DNA of 63,242 bases, taken from positions 1 to 63,242 of the forward strand of contig NIVC01002812.1 of assembly GCA_002269645.1 (NCBI GenBank), given 5' to 3'. Shown piece after piece: positions 1-12,560 of the stretch (positions are counted from its first letter, which is position 1; each line of letters opens with the position of its first letter). This stretch comes from Macrostomum lignano. Taxonomy: Eukaryota. The notes beneath the pieces were generated by a model. That model saw only the letters and a list, made by a program, of their open reading frames with translations, was not told the origin of the DNA and ran no database searches. A program made the position numbers and the translations under genes.

Positions 1-1071
1 TAATTAATATGCTTCAATATTTTCATGTGGCATTCTAGCTTCAAATGCTAAGCAATAGCATATATGCTTATGCAGTAGACACTTATTTTTACCAGAATAG
101 CAAGTAAAAGACATTATAGTCATCTTGATATCTAACTATCTCAGCCTATTGTGGATTGCTTGATAGTCATTTAGACTTGAATATTAAATTGTATGTCTTG
201 TTTCTTTAAAAGGTTTGTTTGCAGATGATATATTGATACTAAATTATTATTTTCATTAGCCCCTTGTTTTATAGGCCATATAAATTTTCACATGTTATGT
301 ATCTTGCTTCAAGTATACTATTTTTAATTTTAGATGTAATAATTTTTCAAGTAATGTATCTGTTTGTTGCATGTTTTTTATTGTTTTTTTTAATTTGAAT
401 ATAAAGTTCTTTGATAAAAATTATAGAATGTTGATAAGTTAGAGTAATGGGCTTACAAAAATCAATAGTTTACTTCTTGGCCCTTGCTTAGCAATCTATT
501 CACTAGTTTTATTTATTTGACCAAAATTAAATCTTTCATATACCAAATTATTAGATGGCATCATAGTTTTAAGTGTGCTATTGTATAAAACATGTGTGCC
601 CTCTTCATACATGCACAACTGCTAAAGCAAAATAATGCAATTTTGGGTAAACGGTTGGAGTAACTATGACCGTACTATTAAGGCTAAATGCTTCGTCATC
701 TAATCAGTACTACGTCTGTATTCTTTTGGGTGGGTATTTTTGTGACTTACCCCTGGTCCACTGTTTTTCTGTATTTGCTGCCTTGATGTCTAATAACCAT
801 GCCCATAGTCTTAGTTTTGATACTATGCAAGTTATATAATTTTGATTAATCAGAGTGAATCAAGTATTAATTAAAATCCCAACAATATGCATTTAGCTTG
901 ATGGCTGACACACACCATGATGAAAAAGCTAGATTAAATTAATGAAAGATGATTAAAACTTCTGCTTTCTGCTGCGCACCTCTCCAGTGTCTATTCTACT
1001 CCAGATAAGATCTAAATTTTTAAAAAGGCAATAAAATATAAGTTCCAACTAATTAAAAATATCCAAGTAAC

Positions 1072-4000
1072 ATGACTACAACTGCGGCTAATAATAACCC
1101 TAAGCGTGGTGGCTTTCTTCAAGCCCTGATTCGCGGGGTGAAGCCTTCGAAACAGCAGCAGCAGCAGCAGCAACAACAGCAGGCTCTCATTGATCAAGCC
1201 AATTTAGAGAACGCCTCAGTGCTCACTCGAGCTCAGAAGCGTCGATTATCTTCTGAGATTACGGCTGCTACGACTGCCGCTGTGTCTGCTGGCGCCGCTG
1301 ATGACGTGGCAGCGGAAGCTGGAGGGCGTCGAGCGCTCAACAGTTTGAGCAATGTCACCAACCACCAGCAGCAGCAGCCTCAGCAGCAAAAGCGCAGAGC
1401 TTCAAAGCGCAAGTCTGTTGTTGCTTTTAGCGAAGGCAACGCCAGCCAGCGAGTTGTTGGCCCAAATAAAAAGTCGCGTCGTGCGGCCGCTCGTCAGCGC
1501 AACCCGATTGACGCCGAGAACGGGTTCAAGCTGAGCCAGGAGAGCAATCTGGGAATTGGCGGCCTCTTTAGCAGCAGCCAGCCGCAGCAGCAAGAGGCGG
1601 CGCCGATTGTGGCGCCAGCTCCGGCGCCGGAAATTCCATTGGCTTTGTACCAGGAACTGGCTAAGAAGGATAGCATACTGTCTGTGCTGCCTGGCAATGG
1701 TCAGTATCTCGATCACTATCCGTACGTGCTGGAGTCCTTCTTTATGGATCAAGATCTAGAGGAGAATTACAGGTTTGTTGTTAATTTAATTCTCTCCTAT
1801 ATCAACCTGTGCTATATCCATTAGCAACCTGCGGTAGTTTTCGTAGCAACCATTGCTATTTACCTTATTAGCAACCTATTTACCTTATCAGCATGTGATT
1901 TTTACCATAGCAACCTATTTACCTTAGCAACCTGGGCTATTTACCAAAGCAACCTGTGCTATTTCCCTTAGCAACGTGTGCTATTTCCCTTAGCAACCTG
2001 TGCTATTTCCCTTAGCAACGTGTGCTATTTATCGTAGCGGCCTGTAATATTTACCATAGCAACTTGTTATTTCCCTTTGCGACCGGTGCTATTTACCGTA
2101 GCAACCTGTGCTATTTCCCTTTGCGACTGGTGCTATTTACCATAGCAACCTGTGCAATTTCCCTTTGCGACCGGTGCTATTTACCGTAGCAACCTGTGCT
2201 ATTTCCCTTTGCGACTGGTGCTATTTACCATAGCAACCTGTGCAATTTCCCTTAGCAACCAGTGCCACATTCGTCTGGTCATAGCAACCGGTGCCATATG
2301 CCACTCAGCTACCTGTAATATTTTTATTTCAACTATTTCCTCTCGCTTCAGACGCGAGCTGCCGCTAGTGGACTTCCTGCAGCAGCAGCAGCAGTCTTCG
2401 CAGAGTTTGTCTTCCAGCGGTGGCCTGCGCTGGGACATGCTCCGAGTGTTGCTAGACTGGCTAGTGAACGCTCACGAAAGCTTGGAGCTCAATTACGAGA
2501 CCCTTTACCTGACTGTGAAGCTGATCTATATGTACCTGAGCCGGCGGCACAAGGGCTTGGCTAAGCAGAGCCTGCAGCTGTTGGCCATCTCTGCTCTGTG
2601 GATTGCCAGCAAGAAAGAGGAACTGTTTGCCGTGCAGCTTAGGCAGCTGGTAAGACTGTGCATCCGTGCTGTACTTGATCGTCTCGGGGCTGTATTTGAT
2701 AGTTTTGGTACTGTAGTTGCTTGTGTTGGTTCTGTATAGAGTTTGTTGATGTTGTATTTCATCCTATTGGGTCTGTATTTTATCCTATCGAGTCTGTATT
2801 TGATCCTATCGGGTCTGTATTTGATCCTATCGAGTCTGTATTAGATCCTATCGGATCTGTATTTGATCCTATCGGGTCTGTATTTGATCCTATCGAGTCT
2901 GTATTAGATCCTATCGGATCTGTATTTGATCCTATCGGGTCTGTATTTGATCCTATCGAGTCTGTATTTGATCCTATCGGGTCTGTATTTGATCCTATCG
3001 GGTCTGTATTTGATCCTATCGGGTCTGTATTTGATCCTATCGGGTCTGTATTTGATCCTATCGGTTCTGTATTTGATCCTATCGGGTCTGTATTTGATCC
3101 TATCGGGTCTGTATTTTATCCTATCGGGTCTGTACTTGGTCCTTTCAAGTCTTACTTTGATCTTATCGGGTCTGTATTTGATCGTGTCGATGCTGTTCTT
3201 GAGTTTGCCGATGCTGTATTTGATTGTGTCATTGCTGTATTTTACGTATCAATGCTGTAGGATTTGATCGTGTCTTCAGTGTCTGGCTTATGAATTTTAC
3301 ATATCACTCGCCCCCCCCTATTCCTCCCGCTTGCAGACGTGCCTCACCCTGGACGCCTACTCCAACCGCCAGGTGCTAGCCATGGAGCAGCAGATTCTTG
3401 CCGCCGTGGAATTTCGCATCAGCTGGCCGCTGTCTTACAATTTTTTGCGTCGATTTTTGCGCGTTATTGATCACGACAATCAGGCGATGGCTTACCTGGC
3501 TAGGTAGATAGTTATTAATTTGCTAAATGGTTGCAATGATATACACCATAGTATATGATATTATACCATACGGTAATTAGTCATAAATGTTTCTCCCAGG
3601 TAATATCCAAGCTAATTAGGCTAATTAGCTATCGATTTTCTCCCAAGTAATTTCCAAGTTAATTATGCTAATTAGTCCTAAACTTTTCTACCATGTAATA
3701 TCCAAGCTAATTATGCTAATTAAGCATCGATTTTCTCCCAAAAACTATCCAAGCCAATTATTTGGCTAATTCGATAATTATCTCTGTTGATCTAAGAAAG
3801 CATTCGAACAGATTAGCAACCCGCGCACGCACACGAAAAACATCTGTCCGCAGGTACTTGCTCGAGCTCACCCTGCTAGACCATCAGCTCAATCTGGAAC
3901 GGGAGAGCGCCAAAGCTGCCGCCGCCCTGTGGCTAGCCAGAGCCCAGCTGGGCATGCAGCCAGTGTGGCCGCAGCACCTCAGCTATAGCACCGCCTGGAC

Positions 4001-4901
4001 CGAGCTGGAGCTCATGCCCATTGTCCGGCAAATCAACGCTCTGTCCGCTAAGCAGCTGGCGCCTGATGGACCTCGACCGCAGAGTACTACCTTTCTCAAG
4101 TACTCCAACGCGTGAGTCTCCTCTTTGCCTCGGCTTTCGTAACGGTTCCCAAACTGCATCTCCCGTCTCTACCCTGCATCTCCCGTCTGTACCCTTCATC
4201 TCACGTCTCTGCCCTGCATTTCCCGTCTCTACCCTTTATCTCCCGTCCGTCTCCACCCTTCATCTCCCGTCTCTACCCTGCATCTCCCGCCTCTACCCTT
4301 TATCTCCCGTTTCTACCCTGCATCTCCCGTCTCTACCCTGCATCTCCCGTCTCTACCCTGCATCTCCCGTCTCTACCCTGCATCTCCCGTCTCTACCCTG
4401 CATCTCCCGTCTCTACCCTGCATCTCCCGTCCGTCTCCACCCTTCATCTCCCGTCTCTACCCTGCATCTTCTCGTCTCTACCCTGCATCTCCCGTTTCTA
4501 CCCTTCGTCTCCCGTCTCCACCCTTCATCTGCCGTCTCTACCCTGCATCTCCCGTTTCTACCCTGCATCTCCGTCTCTAACCTTATCTCCCGTCTCTACC
4601 CTTCATCTCCCGTCTCTACCCTGCATCTCCCTTCTCTACCCTGCATCTCCCGTCTCTACCCTGCATCTCCCTTCTCTACCCTGCATCTCCCGTATACATT
4701 TTCTCTGTATGTTTTCTTCCCAGTTCTTTCAACCATTTTATCCGTATAAATGGACATAATCCTGATTCCAATTCAATTCCTTTATAAAAAACAAATTATG
4801 ATATTACAAAAAATTTCAGCATATTCCGCAAGGTGGCCCTGACTCCCGCTTTGCCGGCCGACAGCGACCTGCTCAAATTGGATGGGCAGCCTAGCGAGTA
4901 A
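1072..4901 (+). CDS. CCNB3: Cyclin B3-like, 5 exons: 1072-1772, 2352-2649, 3337-3503, 3854-4111, 4820-4901 (501 aa)
   Basis: All introns are GT-AG and the joined exons stay in frame (1506 nt). N-terminal D-box RRALNSLSN (1327-1353). Cyclin box MLRVLLDWLV..ELNYETLYLTVKL..ASKKEE..MEQQIL. Second cyclin fold YLLELTLLD. C-terminal KYSNAIFRKVA resembles the cyclin B3 KYSHKVF..VA ending. Confidence 0.85.
1822..2310. repeat. About 22-bp minisatellite (TAGCAACCTGTGCTATTTCCCT) in cyclin intron 1
   Basis: Period 22 read directly (CTATTT at 1981, 2003, 2025); edges are degenerate. Confidence 0.9.
2755..3170. repeat. 21-bp minisatellite (GATCCTATCGGGTCTGTATTT) in cyclin intron 2
   Basis: Direct tandem repeat; it explains the FDPIGSV-repeat ORF. 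Confidence 0.95.
3596..3770. repeat. Short degenerate repeat of about 47 bp (about 4 copies) in cyclin intron 3
   Basis: Recurring TCCAAG(C/T)TAATTA..GCTAATTA motif. Confidence 0.6.
4150..4695. repeat. 20-bp minisatellite (CATCTCCCGTCTCTACCCTG) in cyclin intron 4
   Basis: Perfect copies at 4321-4400. Confidence 0.95.
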
Positions 4902-5389
4902 ACAACAAATTGACCTTCATTTGCTCTCTGGCCGGACTTTATTAAGCTGCAATATTATTTTCATTTTAATTGTATCACACCTGTAATTTCTCAGCGACCA
5001 TTTTAATTAGAATTATTAACAATTTATACATAAGTCTTAGCATTTTTTGCAACTTACCTGCTAATAGGTTTTTATTATTATTGTTAATGCTTTGTGTCAA
5101 TCCGAAATACTGGGTGTCTAACACTTCTTTTCCATCTGCTGCTACCCATGCTATTGCGGCTGTTAATCAGCCTATTTATATAATCGCTGATTGTTGTGCG
5201 CTCCTGCCCGCATTATATATTACTGGCAGTGATATATCCAACCATCCTTACTTTCATGCTATTTCTTTCATTTTTTGTCTGATGCAGCTGTGGCTTAACC
5301 GCACTGATCTACTTGATACATTGCCCTGAGAATGGCCCAGACCCCGCAATTTAGCTTTTGATAGCGCTTCTCATCGTGGGAATCTTCGC

Positions 5390-6860
5390 TCCTCCAATCT
5401 CATCCTGAGAATTGTCTCTTATCTCATCCTGAGAATTGTCTCTAATCTCATCCTGAGAATTGTCTCTAATCTCATCCTGAGAATTGTCTCTTATCTCATT
5501 CTAAGAATTGTCTTCAATCTCATCCTGAGAATTGTCTCTTATCTCATTCTAAGAATTGTCTTCAATCTCATCCTGAGAATTGTCTCTAATCTCATCCTGA
5601 GAATTGTCTCTAATCTCATCCTGAGAATTGTCTCTAATCTCATCCTGAGAATTGTCTCTAATCTCATCCTGAGAATTGTCTCTTATCTCATTCTAAGAAT
5701 TGTCTCTTATCTCATCCTGAGAATTGTCTCCAATCTCATCCTGAGAATTGTCTCTTATCTCATTCTAAGAATTGTCTCTTATCTCATCCTGAGAATTGTC
5801 TCTTATCTCATTCTGAGAATTGTCTCTTATCTCATCCTGAGAATTATCTCTTATCTCATCCTGAGAATTGTCTCTTATCTCATTCTGAGAATTGTCTCTT
5901 ATCTCATCCTGAGAATTGTCTCCAATCTCATCCTGAGAATTGTCTCTTATCTCATCCTGAGAATTATCTCTTATCTCATCCTGAGAATTGTCTCTTATCT
6001 CATTCTAAGAATTGTCTTCAATCTCATCCTGAGAATTGTCTCTAATCTCATCCTGAGAATTGTCTTTAATCTCATCCTGAGAATTGTCTCTAATCTCATA
6101 CTGAGAATTGTCTCTAATCTCATACTGAGAATTGTCTCTAATTTCATACTGAGAATTATCTCTAATCTCGTACTGAGAATTGTCTCTAATCTCATTCTAA
6201 GAATTGTATCCAATATCACACTGAGAATTGTCTCTAATCTCATCCTGAGAATTGTCTCTAATCTCATACTGAGAATTGTCTCTAATATCATACTGAGAAT
6301 TGTCTCTAATTTCATACTGAGAATTATCTCTAATCTCGTACTGAGAATTGTCTCTAATCTCATTCTAAGAATTGTATCCAATATCACACTGAGAATTGTC
6401 TCTAATCTCATCCTGAGAATTGTCTCTAATCTCATACTGAGAATTGTCTCTAATATCATACTGAGAATTGTCTCTAATTTCATACTGAGAATTATCTCTA
6501 ATCTCGTACTGAGAATTGTCTCTAATCTCATTCTAAGAATTGTATCCAATATCACACTGAGAATTGTCTCTAATCTCATACTGAGAATTGTCTCTAATAT
6601 CATACTGAGAATTGTCTCTAATCTCATACTGAGAATTGTCTCTAATATCATACTGAGAATTGTCTCTAATTTCATACTGAGAATTATCTCTAATCTCGTA
6701 CTGAGAATTGTCTCTAATCTCATTCTAAGAATTGTATCCAATATCACACTGAAAATTGTCTCTAATCTCATCCTGAGAATTGTCTCTAATCTCATCCGAG
6801 AATTGTCTCTAATTTCATTCTAAGAGTTGTATCCACTATCACACTGAGAATTGTCTCCAA
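5390..6860. repeat. 24-bp satellite (CTCATCCTGAGAATTGTCTCTAAT) with higher-order structure
   Basis: Period 24; variant blocks recur. Confidence 0.95.
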
Positions 6861-7639
6861 TCAACCCCTAGAAAATCGAATCGCTCTCCAATTTCCCTTG
6901 GAGAGTCAGTTGAAAGTGGGTCTAAGAGTCAGCTGCCTGCAGCATCAGCAAATTCCGCGATATGCCTGTGTGAGCATTTTGTCACTTTTTCAAAGACAAA
7001 ACTGCCTTCCATTTATCGGAAATTTATTTGAATGCGCTCGCTACAAAAGGTTTCTAATTTTGTCAACAAACTTCTTTCGTCCCTGCAGCAGTTAAAATTG
7101 GCTCGCAGTTGACTATTGAAAATTGCTATTTTTTGTATTCGGTTTATCGCTATGACTTTTATCGCAGCCCAAGTCGCTTGTCCCATGTCTCAACAATTCA
7201 ATCCCAGTGTTGTAATTGAAATTATCATTCTATTTTTTTATAATTTTATTTTATCCATCTTTACGCACCGACCATCCCTTGGCACGCATTTTCAATGTCG
7301 TTAAAAAATCCACAATTTTCGTATATTATATTATTACTAATATAATTATTGCATCAAATGTCGACTGCTGCTTAGTAGGGTAATAAAAGCATTAATAAAC
7401 AAGTAAAAATATGCCAATAATAATATTAGTGCAAGCATAATGCAGCAATTCTTTTCAACTTGTCAGTAACAATAATTATTATTATTCTAATATTTCGACT
7501 GTCGGCAACTCCTTGCATTGTCAGTTATTCATTATTTATTTATTAATTATAAAATTGTCTCTAATCCCTCCCCTGAAAATCTTGGAATTCAAAACGTTCC
7601 AAATTTGAGAAATTTAGTAGGTATACTCACTGTGCTGCC

Positions 7640-8615
7640 ACCGCCACCCTCCCAGACCCCTGGCTCAGCCACCACCCTCCCAGACCCCAGGCTCAGCCAT
7701 CGCTACCCTCCCAGACCCCAGGCTCAGCCATCGCCACCCTCCCAGACCCCAGGCTCAGCCACCGTCCTCCCAGACCCCGGACTCAGCCACCGCCCTCCCA
7801 GACCCCAGACTCAGCCACCGCCCTCCCAGACCCCAGGCACAGCCACTGCCACCCTCCCAGACCCCAGGCTCAGCCACTGCCACCCTCCCAAACCCCAGGC
7901 TCAGCCACCGCCCTCCCAGACCCCAGACTCAGCCACCGCCCTCCCAGACCCCAGGCTCAGCCACCGCCCTCCCAGACCCCAGGCTCAGCCACCGCCCTCC
8001 CAAACCCCAGGCTCAGCCACCGCCCTCCCAGACCCCAGACTCACCCACCGCCCTCCCAGACCCCAGGCTCAGCCACTGCCACCCTCCCAAACCCCAGGCT
8101 CAGCCACTGCCACCCTCCCAGACCCCAGGCTCAGCCACCGCCACCCTCCCAGACCCCAGGCTCAGCCACCGCCCTCCCAGACCCCAGGCTCAGCCACCGC
8201 CCTCCCGGACCCCAGACTCAGCCACCGCCACCTTTCCAAACCCCAGACTCAGCCACCGCCCTCCCAGACCCCAGGCTCAGCCACCGCCCTCCCAGACCCC
8301 AGGCTCAGCCACCGCCCTCCCAGACCCCAGGCTCAGCCACCGCCCTCCCAGACCCCAGGCTCAGCCACCGCCCTCCCAGACCCCAGGCTCAGCCACTGCC
8401 ACCCTCCCAGACCCCAGGCTCAGCCACCGCCCTCCCAGACCCCAGGCTCAGTCACCGCCCTCCCAGACCCCAGGCTCAGCCACCGCCCTCCCAGACCCCA
8501 GGCTCAGCCACCGCCCTCCCAGACCCCAGGCTCAGCCACCGCCACCCTCCCAGACCCCAGGCTCAGCCGCCGCCCTCCCAGACCCAAGGCTCAGCCACCG
8601 CCCTCCCAGACCCAG
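7640..8615. repeat. 28-bp GC-rich minisatellite (CAGCCACCGCCCTCCCAGACCCCAGGCT)
   Basis: Period 28 (8281, 8309). Confidence 0.95.
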
Positions 8616-8929
8616 GTGCAGCAGCCACTCAGCTTACATTATCAGTAGTTGCGCCTCCAGCTGCTCAATATGCAGCCATCAGAGGCAAATTCGCACCCAG
8701 TTGAGCTCTGATATTGACAGCAGTTCTCACAGTGTCGCATCGGAGTTGGCAGTTTGGGTTGCAAGAGAGACACCGGCGCCTCTGCGCTTATCATGGGCCC
8801 GCAGTCCGGAACAATGGACAGGCCCGTTAGTCACGAGGCGGACAGGTTTAATGCTGATCCCAGATCCCCAGTTTAAGAACTCGATCTGCATCATTGCCTC
8901 AGGTTAGACCGCCATTTTCCGTAGCTTGA

Positions 8930-9350
8930 CCAACCTCTCAGATCCCTAGTTGCTGGGACAGCCTCCCAGAGTGTCAGTTTATGGGCCAGCCTCCCAGATC
9001 CTCAGTTGCGGGGCCAGCCTCCCAGAGTGTCAGTTGCTGGGCCAGCCTCCCAGAGTGTCAGTTGCTGAGCCAGCCTCCCAGATCCCCAGTTTCTGGGCCA
9101 GCCTCCCAGAGTGTCAGTTGCTGGGCCAGCCTCCCAGATCTTCAGTTTCTGGGCCAGCCTCCCAGATCTTCAGTTGCTGGGCCAGCCTCCCAGATCCCCA
9201 GTTTCTGGGCCAGCCTCCCAGAGTGTCAGTTGCTGGGCCAGCCTCCCAGATCCTCAGTTGCTGGGCCAGCCTCCCAGATCCTCAGTTGCTGGGCCAGCCT
9301 CCTAGATCCTCAGTTGCTGGGCCAGCCTCCCAGATCCTGAGTTGCTGGGC
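8930..9350. repeat. 28-bp minisatellite (GCCTCCCAGATCCTCAGTTGCTGGGCCA)
   Basis: Period 28 (9241, 9269). Confidence 0.95.
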
Positions 9351-9521
9351 CAATATTCTACCAAAAGTCCACTCAATCAATGCCCCAATCAATCAGAACA
9401 TTCGACAAACAATTCCTAGGTTCATTTCTAATCTCACAGTTAAAATTGAACGGGTTCCATATTATAACGAATATTTCATGCTGTACTATCGGAGCATTTA
9501 ATCTCAGCCACCCAGCTGACC

Positions 9522-11793
9522 ATGCCGTTACCGCCGTTGCACGTCCGAACTCCGCTAATTGAGAGTCGCCCCCTGACCGAGGCTCTCGGCCGGCCGGGCT
9601 GTCGGGTTTGGCTGAAACTGGAGAACTGCCAGCCTACCGGGTCGTTCAAGATTCGCGGCATTGGCTGCATGGTGCAAAGGGCCCTCCTAGCGGATAAAGG
9701 CTGCAGCCAGGTAGATGCCGTCCGTGTTTGAGAAATCTTTACGCACAAAAACTGGTCGTTGTGTGCCCTGAGCGAGTTTGCTGGCATACCAATGTCTGCT
9801 TGCGTGGCCTCCTGCTCTTCGTAAATCCCCTAATCCCCATATCAAATCCCCCTATTCCCCAGCTCAAATCCCCTAATCGACTTCTCAAATCTCAATCCCC
9901 ATCTCAATTCCCTAATCCTTATATCAAATCTACTAATCCCCATATCAAATCCCCTTAATCCTCTTTTCAAATCCCCTAATCCCCATATCAAATCCCCTAA
10001 TCCCCAGCTCAAATCCCCTAATCCCCATATCAAATCCCCTAATCCCCAGCTCAAATCCCCTAATCGACGTCTCAAATCTCCTCAACCCCATCTGAAATAT
10101 CCTAAATTAAACCCTATCTGAAATCCCCTAATCGACTTCTCGAATCTCAATCCCCATCTCAATTCCCCTAATCCCCATTTTAAATCCCCTAATCCCTATC
10201 TTAAGTTTCTCTAATGCTCATCCCACGCAACTTCCTTAATTTCGATCTTAATAACTCCCATTTATTCAATTCGGTCAGGTCGTCAGCAGCAGTGGCGGCA
10301 ACGCAGGCTTGGCCGCAGCCTACGCAGCGGCGCACAGCGGCCTGCCCTGCACCGTGGTTGTCCCATCAAGCACCCCGGAGTCCATGCGCAAGCGAGTCTC
10401 AGCCGAAGGAGCGCAAGTCCTGGTGCACGGCTCCGTTTGGAGAGACGCCCACGCTAAAGCGGAAGAATTGGTCAGTGCGACGCCTAACAGCCTGCTGGTG
10501 CACCCGTACGACCATCCCGACATTTGGGATGGGCATGGCACTCTGGTGGACGAGATTCTGGAGGTATCTTGTTTGTTTTTCATCTTTGTTAAGGGTATTG
10601 CAATGGTCTAAGCTACCAGTCACCCTACCAGTTTTTCTGGTGGGTTTACCAACCTACCAGATCCTTGGGTTAAGCTACCAGCCGACCTACCAGATCCTCG
10701 GGTTAAGCCACCAGCCAACCTACCAGATCCTCGAGTTAAGCTACCAGCCAACCTACCAGATCCTCGGGTTAAGCTATCAGCCGACCTACCAGATCCTTAG
10801 ATTAAGCTACCAGCCAACCTACCAGATCCTTAGGTTAAGCTACCAGCCGACCTACCAGATCCTCGGGTTAAGCTATCAGCCAACCTACCAGATCCTTAGA
10901 TTAAGCTACCAGCCAACCTACCAGATCCTCGGGTTAAGCTACCAGCCGACCTACCAGATCCTCGGGTTAAGCCACCAGCCAACCTACCAGATCCTCGAGT
11001 TAAGCTACCAGCCAACCTACCAGATCCTCGGGTTAAGCTATCAGCCGACCTACCAGATCCTTAGATTAAGCTACCAGCCAACCTACCAGATCCTTAGGTT
11101 AAGCTACCAGCCGACCTACCAGATCCTTGGGTTAAGCTACCAGCCAACCTACCAGATCTTTGAGTTAAGCTACCAGCCAACCTACCAGATCCTTGGGTTA
11201 AGCCACCAGCCAACCTACCAGATCCTCACTTTCCCAGCCCTTTCAACACGTCTGCAGCTCTCTTCTATCCCCCTTCCCCCATTGCAACGCAGCCCGGCAG
11301 CGGCCTCAGCTCCCCTCCATCGGCCATCGTAGTGGCTGTGGGCGGCGGTGGCCTTCTGTGCGGCATTGCTCGCGCTTTCCAACGTCGCGGCCTCTATCCG
11401 AATTTAATTGCCGCCGAAACAGTCGGAGCCAATTGTTTGTCGGTTGCTATGGCAACTGGGCACCCGGTTACGCTTCCGGGTATTACGTCAAAAGCTACGA
11501 GTTTAGGCGCATCGCAGATCTGCTCTTCGACTTGGACTACTGTGCAAGAATTCGGCGATAAGGCCTCCTGTGTTGTTTGCACAGATGCTGAGGCGGCTGT
11601 GGCTTCCTGGCGGTTTCTAGAAGATCATCACATGCTGACGGAGACGGCCTGCGGCGCCGCTCTGTCCGTAGTGTACAACAGTCGGGTGCCGGAGACTGCG
11701 CTATCCAATGGCGGCGATATTGTTGTGGTAGTTTGCGGTGGCCGAAATGTGACAGTTAGTCAGTTGTCCGAACTGGCTGGACTCGATTCTTGA
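9522..11793 (+). CDS. SDS: L-serine/threonine dehydratase (SDS/SDSL family, PLP-dependent), 3 exons: 9522-9710, 10279-10563, 11293-11793 (324 aa)
   Basis: KLENCQPTGSFKIRG PLP-lysine motif, SSGGNAG, HPYDHPDIWDGH, VGGGGLL phosphate loop, ETACGAAL and VVVVCGG. GT-AG introns, phase 0 joins, 975 nt. Confidence 0.93.
9823..10200. repeat. 21-bp minisatellite (AAATCCCCTAATCCCCATATC) in SDS intron 1
   Basis: Period 21 (9969, 9990, 10011). Confidence 0.9.
10610..11225. repeat. 33-bp minisatellite (TACCAGCCAACCTACCAGATCCTCGGGTTAAGC) in SDS intron 2
   Basis: Gives an 11-aa repeat (YQPTYQILGLS) in the ORF track. Confidence 0.95.
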
Positions 11794-11814
11794 CTAGTTT
11801 TTGGCTCGAATTTA

Positions 11815-12560
11815 GTTTCTTAGAAAGCAATATTTGAAGGCTGACTCTATACCTAAGAGTACATTTAGCGACGGCTGACTTTTGTTTCTTAGAAAGCAAT
11901 ATTTGAAGGCCGACTCTATACCTAAGAGTACATTTAGCGACGGCTGACTTTTGTTTCTTAGAAAGCAATATTTGAAGGCCGACTCTATACCTAAGAGTAC
12001 ATTTAGCGACGGGTGACTTTTGTTTCTTAGAAAGCAATATTTGAAGGCTGACTCTATACCTAAGAGTACATTTAGCGACGGGTGACTTTTGTTTCTTAGA
12101 AAGCAATATTTGAAGGCTGACTCTATACCTAAGAGTACATTTAGCGACGGGTGACTTTTGTTTCTTAGAAAGCAATATTTGAAGGCTGACTCTATACCTA
12201 AGAGTACATTTAGCGACGGGTGACTTTTGTTTCTTAGAAAGCAATATTTGAAGGCTGACTCTATACCTAAGAGTACATTTAGCGACGGGTGACTTTTGTT
12301 TCTTAGAAAGCAATATTTGAAGGCTGACTCTATACCTAAGAGTACATTTAGCGACGGGTGACTTTTGTTTCTTAGAAAGCAATATTTGAAGGCCGACTCT
12401 ATACCTAAGAGTACATTTAGCGACGGGTGACTTTTGTTTCTTAGAAAACAATATTTAAGGGCCGACTCTATTCCTAAAAGAACATTTAGCGAAGGGTGAC
12501 TTTTTTCTTAGAAAACAATATTTGAAGGCCGACTCTATGCCTAAAAGTACTTTTAGCGTC
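11815..12560. repeat. 69-bp tandem repeat, about 11 copies, directly after the SDS stop codon
   Basis: Gives a 23-aa repeat in the minus-strand ORF; copies are near-identical. Confidence 0.95.

Noticed and set aside
5995-6795. MRLETILS-repeat ORF, and similar ORFs at 11756-12451, 20121-21953, 24439-25626 and 44724-45422
   Set aside because: Each coincides with a satellite array and has no splice or domain support.
7518-8648. 376-aa Pro/Gln-rich ORF
   Set aside because: It is a 28-bp array read-through with a TTG start; the unit is not a multiple of 3.
8638-8920. Protein-coding exon on the minus strand divergent from SDS
   Set aside because: All three frames have stops shortly before the donor; kept only as a possible non-coding exon.
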